DNA of 43,886 nucleotides from Deltaproteobacteria bacterium (GTDB lineage Bacteria; UBA10199; 2-02-FULL-50-16; JAJFLM01): NCBI GenBank assembly GCA_021772655.1, contig JAJFLM010000202.1, positions 1 to 43,886 of the forward strand, read 5' to 3'. Shown piece by piece: positions 39,535 to 43,886 of this stretch (position 1 is its first letter; each line of letters starts with the position of its first letter). The notes under the pieces were generated by a model. It saw only the letters and a program-made list of their open reading frames with translations, ran no database searches and was not told where the DNA came from. The position numbers and the translations under genes were made by a program.

Positions 39535-40692
39535 TTAGCTTCTATTGATGACGTAGAGTTGATGTAATAGGCAATTACGACTCATTAAAAAGTAAGGAAA
39601 ATTAGGCAAGGCACGCACCCATAATTGATTTGCATCACGGATATAATCACCATCTATTTGTACCGGGACTTCAATAGGGCTACTAGCCGTATCGACAAAT
39701 ACATAACGAATCTCTTCACCAACAGCCACCGCCGCTTGAAACTCAAGCGGCATCCGCGTCAACTGTTTGTCAGCAGCCAATAAACCAGGATTGCCTCTTA
39801 GGGCCCGCTTGGCTTGTTGGTTACACTCCGAGTACATCCGAACTAAACTCAACAAACTGCCATGAGGAAGCACCTTAGTGCCTAGACCAGCGAGCGGACG
39901 TCCTGGAAAACCAGTCACTCGATTGGCTAAAGGTGTCCCGTGGTTTAAAACTTCGCGGGCTAAGAATTCTTGTTGATCACCATTCGAGCGCGTCCACTGC
40001 ACCCCAAAATGTTTGGGTTGCAATACCATTCGTCTAAACCCAACCCAATTACGCTTCAAATGAACACTGCGTCCATGGCCCCCTTGAGTATCTTTAAATA
40101 AACCAGCAATAGCTTCACCCGCACTGACGTTATGAGAAAAAATCATCGTCTCTCCGGACCAAGGAAAATGTGCCGCCCCTAAATTGAGTGGGACTTCAAT
40201 AGCCGTCTTTAAATAATCAACGGCCACACGTTCATTCTTGGAGGGAGAACCAATCAACATCCCCAAGTCATTCACACTACCCATCGCAATCGCGCCAATG
40301 CGAATCCCGCCATCAATCATGCGATTGACAACTTGTTCCTCAGGTAAATTAAAAAGATCGGACTGACTTGAAAATAGAAAACTCAACGCACCCTGCATGG
40401 CTTGGCTAATCGTGCCATCACCACCAAAGGCAATCACGTCAAGAGTGTCGCCTGGGCGAGCCGCTCTAAACTGATCAATACGTTCTGCAATACGGCTCAC
40501 TGTGTTTGAAAAAGATACTTCTGTTTCCAAAGCCGGCAAGCTTTCCAGACCTTCAGACTGAGCTAAACTCAGCACACCGCTTGCCATTTGATGAGCCCGC
40601 CCCGCACCTGAAACTGGATTAACTACGGGTAATATTATTGAAGAGGCCGCCAATAGAGTAGGCGACAACATCCCATGCATCAAGACCGTCAT
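39535..40692 (-). CDS. Diacylglycerol/lipid kinase family protein (YegS/DgkB-like), divergent, with short N-terminal extension and insertions
   Basis: VVNPVSG, GGDGT, MGSVNDL, VQIDGD. Confidence 0.85.
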   Translation of the reverse strand: MTVLMHGMLSPTLLAASSIILPVVNPVSGAGRAHQMASGVLSLAQSEGLESLPALETEVSFSNTVSRIAERIDQFRAARPGDTLDVIAFGGDGTISQAMQGALSFLFSSQSDLFNLPEEQVVNRMIDGGIRIGAIAMGSVNDLGMLIGSPSKNERVAVDYLKTAIEVPLNLGAAHFPWSGETMIFSHNVSAGEAIAGLFKDTQGGHGRSVHLKRNWVGFRRMVLQPKHFGVQWTRSNGDQQEFLAREVLNHGTPLANRVTGFPGRPLAGLGTKVLPHGSLLSLVRMYSECNQQAKRALRGNPGLLAADKQLTRMPLEFQAAVAVGEEIRYVFVDTASSPIEVPVQIDGDYIRDANQLWVRALPNFPYFLMSRNCLLHQLYVINRS

Positions 40693-40701
40693 AACAGACT
40701 G

Positions 40702-40728
40702 TCATCGCCGGAGAGGCCATTTTGTTGC
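40702..40728 (-). promoter_or_regulatory. Shared sigma-28-like promoter motif, copy before the lipid kinase
   Basis: GCAACAAAATGGCCTCTCC-GGCGATGA, 9 nt before the ATG. Confidence 0.7.
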
Positions 40729-40757
40729 TAAAAATTAATGGGTTAGAGAATTGTCCC

Positions 40758-40825
40758 TGTAGGGGCGTGATTCATCGCGCCCTCAATTGGCATCACATCC
40801 GAGCTCAATAAATTGAGCCCCTACA
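40758..40825. repeat. GTAG-type REP doublet (REPIN-like)
   Basis: TGTAG-GGGCGTGA-TTCA-TCGCGCCC on the plus strand and TGTAG-GGGCTCAAT-TT-ATTGAGCTC on the minus strand, facing each other; terminal inverted repeat TGTAGGGGC. Confidence 0.75.
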
Positions 40826-41585
40826 ATCTGACAGGGACTTGCTTTCTTTTGAGATAGCGTTTGACTTGTTCGACCGTCAGTTCGCCAAAATGAAAAATCG
40901 AAGCCGCCAAGGCCGCATCGGCCTCACCTACCGTCAAACCTTCATAGATGTGCTGCTGGTTACCGACACCTCCCGAAGCAATGACCGGAATCTCCACCGC
41001 ACGCGAGATCGCACAGGTCAGTTCCAGATCATACCCAATCTTGGTGCCATCACGATCCATACTAGTAAGTAAAATTTCGCCGGCCCCAAAGCGCTGCATC
41101 TTTTGCGCCCACTTAATAGCATCAATCCCAGTGGGGGTCCGGCCGCCATGAATATAAACTTCCCAGGCTAATTTTTTACCGGGCTGACGTTTGGCATCAA
41201 TGGCGACCACCACACACTGGCTGCCAAAACGTTTGGACGCGTCTTTAATCAACTGCGGGTTTTTCACCGCCGCGGTATTTGTCGCACACTTATCCGCGCC
41301 CGCATTGAGCAACATGCGGTAGTCTTCAACTGAACGCACCCCACCACCCACAGTCAGCGGCATAAAAACCGTCTCGGCCGTTTCCCGTACCACCTCTAAA
41401 ATTATCGGACGTTTTTCATGACTCGCGGTAATATCAAGAAAAACAAGCTCATCGGCTTTTTGCGCATCATAGGCTTTAGCTACTTGCACGGGATCCCCGG
41501 CATCACGCAGGTTTAAGAACTTCGTCCCTTTAACGACACGACCGTCTTTAACGTCTAAGCAAGGAATAATGCGTTTACTGAGCAT
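40821..41585 (-). CDS. hisF: Imidazole glycerol phosphate synthase cyclase subunit
   Basis: [49 protein letters not shown]. Confidence 0.99.
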   Translation of the reverse strand: MLSKRIIPCLDVKDGRVVKGTKFLNLRDAGDPVQVAKAYDAQKADELVFLDITASHEKRPIILEVVRETAETVFMPLTVGGGVRSVEDYRMLLNAGADKCATNTAAVKNPQLIKDASKRFGSQCVVVAIDAKRQPGKKLAWEVYIHGGRTPTGIDAIKWAQKMQRFGAGEILLTSMDRDGTKIGYDLELTCAISRAVEIPVIASGGVGNQQHIYEGLTVGEADAALAASIFHFGELTVEQVKRYLKRKQVPVRL

Positions 41586-42310
41586 TAGCCTTCAGCAATC
41601 TTAACGGCTTCGGCTAAGTCCAAGGTGTTTTCATAAAGTGAGCGTCCTAAGATCGCCCCACTCACACCTTGTACTTCCATAGCTTTCAATTTTTTGATGT
41701 CATCAAGGGTCGCAATCCCACCGGAGGCGATCACCGGGATCGGGCTTTGCTGACCCATTTCGGCTAAGGCACTATAATTGGGTCCGGTCAACATACCATC
41801 ACGAGCGATATCCGTATAAATCACGCACGCGGCGCCGCGTTTGCTCATCTCTTGGGCCAGATCAACGGCCTTTTTCTCGCCCGTCTCCACCCAGCCGCGC
41901 ACCGCGACAAAACCATCTTTGGCATCAATCCCCACGGCCACACGATCGGGGAATTCATCTGATAAAATTTGGACCAACTCAGGCTCTTCTAAAGCCTTCG
42001 TTCCCAACACAACACGGCCGGCCCCTAAGGTCAGGTAAATTTCAGCGGTTTCGCGACTACGGATCCCTCCGCCAATTTGCACGGGCACATTGACTGACTG
42101 CATGATTTTTTCGATCATCGCCGTATTGGTCGGTTCACCGGTTAAGGCACCATCCAAATCAACAACATGCAACCAGGGTGCCCCCGCAGCGACCCATTTT
42201 TCGGCCGCTTCAACAGGATTATCATAATAAACCGTCACCTCATCAAAGCGTCCTTGCTTCAAGCGCACGGCCTTACCGTCTTTTAAGTCAATCGCTGGAT
42301 ATAAAATCAT
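41585..42310 (-). CDS. hisA: ProFAR isomerase
   Basis: [43 protein letters not shown]. Confidence 0.98.
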   Translation of the reverse strand: MILYPAIDLKDGKAVRLKQGRFDEVTVYYDNPVEAAEKWVAAGAPWLHVVDLDGALTGEPTNTAMIEKIMQSVNVPVQIGGGIRSRETAEIYLTLGAGRVVLGTKALEEPELVQILSDEFPDRVAVGIDAKDGFVAVRGWVETGEKKAVDLAQEMSKRGAACVIYTDIARDGMLTGPNYSALAEMGQQSPIPVIASGGIATLDDIKKLKAMEVQGVSGAILGRSLYENTLDLAEAVKIAEG

Positions 42311-42403
42311 AGAGCCGCAGCTTATCAGCTATCAACCCTGACTTGTCAGCAAAAAATTGCTTAAAGATTGCAGAATCAAGTAATAACGATTAGGACCCTG
42401 TTT

Positions 42404-43690
42404 ATGCGCCAATTGAAGACTCAACAGCGTGATTTTGCGAAGCAATGGCAACAGTATTTAAATGCTGTCGCCGAAGCTCCACGTCAAGTCACGGAAGCCA
42501 CCAGCACGATCCTTCAGGCCGTCAAAAAACGGGGGGATTCGGCCCTGTTTCAGTTCACCAAAAAGTTTGACGGATTTACAGCTAATGCACGTTCTATCCG
42601 TATTAGCCCCGCCCAAGTCGAACGAGCCGTCAGTCAGGTTTCAAGCAAACACCTTAATATTTTTAAACGTGCCGCCCAGCGGATCCGTAAGTTTCATCAA
42701 TTACAAAAACAGCGAGATTATCGCCTGAATCAAAACGGCGCCAAAATGGGGCTGCGTTGGACCCCCTTAGATCGCGTCGGCATTTATGTGCCGGGGGGGC
42801 GGGCAGCCTATCCTTCAACCGTGCTGATGAATACCATTCCTGCGCAAGTGGCCGGCGTAACTGAAATTGCAATGGTCACCCCCGCGCCGGGTGGTGAGAT
42901 CAATCCTTATACTTTAGCCGCCGCTCACGTGGCCGGCGTTGAAGAGATTTATCGCATTGGGGGTGCTCAAGCTATTGGTGCCTTAGCCTACGGAACCAAA
43001 ACGATCCCTGCGGTGAATAAAATTGTCGGGCCCGGCAATGCCTATGTGGCCGCGGCTAAACAGCAGGTCTTTGGACGCGTGGATATTGATATGATCGCAG
43101 GGCCAACAGAAGTTTTGGTCATTGCCGATGCCCAGGCCAACCCTGAGTATGTGGCCGCTGACTTATTGAGTCAGGCCGAACATGATCCCGATGCGCGACC
43201 CGTATTGATCTGCACTTCAGTACGCATTTTAGAAAAATCGCTGCAGGCTTTAACGCGACAAGTCGCTCAAACCCCGCGTAAAAAAATTGCTCAGCAAGCC
43301 ATCCGTAAAAATGGTCTCGCCATCTTAGCCAAAAATCAAGGGGACGCGATTGCCTTAAGCAATCAAATGGCTCCCGAACACTTAGTGATTATGGTGAAAA
43401 AGCCCGCGAGTTGGATGAAAAAACTTAAAAACGCCGGAGCTATTTTTATCGGAAACTATGCTCCCGTCGCGGCTGGCGACTATTTAGTCGGCCCCAATCA
43501 CGTCCTACCTACGGCGCGCACCGCCCAGTACGCCTCACCCCTAGGCGTCTATGACTTTATGAAAGCAAGCAGCTGGCTAGAATTAACGCGAAAAGGACTA
43601 GCGCAAGTTTCCGCAGATATTATAGAACTAGCCGAACTTGAGGGCTTGAGTGCACACGGATATTCTGTCAAGGTTCGCTTTACAGAGTAA
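42404..43690 (+). CDS. hisD: Histidinol dehydrogenase
   Basis: GIYVPGGRAAYPSTVLM, KIVGPGNAYV, DMIAGPTEV, SQAEHD, APEHL, GPNHVLPT. ATG at 42404 preferred. Confidence 0.98.
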   Translation: MRQLKTQQRDFAKQWQQYLNAVAEAPRQVTEATSTILQAVKKRGDSALFQFTKKFDGFTANARSIRISPAQVERAVSQVSSKHLNIFKRAAQRIRKFHQLQKQRDYRLNQNGAKMGLRWTPLDRVGIYVPGGRAAYPSTVLMNTIPAQVAGVTEIAMVTPAPGGEINPYTLAAAHVAGVEEIYRIGGAQAIGALAYGTKTIPAVNKIVGPGNAYVAAAKQQVFGRVDIDMIAGPTEVLVIADAQANPEYVAADLLSQAEHDPDARPVLICTSVRILEKSLQALTRQVAQTPRKKIAQQAIRKNGLAILAKNQGDAIALSNQMAPEHLVIMVKKPASWMKKLKNAGAIFIGNYAPVAAGDYLVGPNHVLPTARTAQYASPLGVYDFMKASSWLELTRKGLAQVSADIIELAELEGLSAHGYSVKVRFTE

Positions 43691-43714
43691 TCCACTCCCG
43701 TTTAAGAGGAAAAC

Positions 43715-43886
43715 ATGGCCGCAAAAAAACGTACAGCACACATCAAACGCAAAACGGGTGAGACCGATATTGATCTGAGCCTAGAACTCGACGGTACTGG
43801 CACCTATCAAGTCAGCACACCTATTCCCTTTCTCAATCACATGCTGGAACTCTTTGGGAAACACGGTTTATTCAAATTTAAAGTCA
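43715..43886 (+). CDS. hisB: Imidazoleglycerol-phosphate dehydratase, 5' part (truncated by window end)
   Basis: Manual translation MAAKKRTAHIKRKTGETDIDLSLELDGTG...IPFLNHMLELFGKHG; AGAGGA RBS. Confidence 0.95.
   Translation, partial: MAAKKRTAHIKRKTGETDIDLSLELDGTGTYQVSTPIPFLNHMLELFGKHGLFKFKV

Noticed and set aside
3343-40745. Recurring IHF-like intergenic words (AATTAGGTAGTTA near 3343, AATTAGTTAGTTA near 37478, AATTAATGGGTTA near 40733)
   Set aside because: They are degenerate AT-rich matches to WATCAANNNNTTR that cannot be separated from chance by eye and are not specific to the accessory block.
3715-42872. The many 60-130 aa antisense or alternate-frame ORFs inside conserved genes
   Set aside because: They overlap confidently identified genes and show no motifs or initiation signals that I could recognise.
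1-43886. CRISPR arrays, tRNA/rRNA genes, transposases, integrases, prophage genes
   Set aside because: No spaced direct repeats or recognisable signatures were seen, and the intergenic gaps are short.

Overview
This is a bacterial chromosome segment. The gene content and synteny (mfd-ppiC-surA-pdxA, glyRS-ppdK, smc, PutA type) suggest a deltaproteobacteria-like lineage, which is an inference. Most of the window is housekeeping: glyQS, ppdK, radC, smc, uvrA, arsC, a phosphohexomutase broken by one in-frame TGA, pdxA, surA/ppiC, mfd and hisI/F/A/D/B. The notable part is the ~11 kb between hisF and hisI. It holds five separately placed genes: an AprA-like methyltransferase, PutA, an orphan, a VirK/DUF535-like protein and a DAG-kinase-like protein. 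Each has the same exactly spaced motif GCAA(C/G)-N14-nnCGA just upstream, with sigma-28-like geometry. The four enzyme-like proteins carry N-terminal extensions that are not Sec-type signals, and PutA and the orphan share a recognisably homologous ~80-aa N-terminal domain. I infer a co-regulated set of repurposed enzymes with a common targeting or export module; no sigma factor or export machine is in this window. Also seen: tandem NrdR-like boxes plus DnaA-like boxes before smc, an HTH-nucleotidyltransferase pair with a 23-bp palindromic operator, a GTAG-type REP doublet supplying the hisF stop codon, and an edge-truncated 407+ aa ORF missing from the ORF track.
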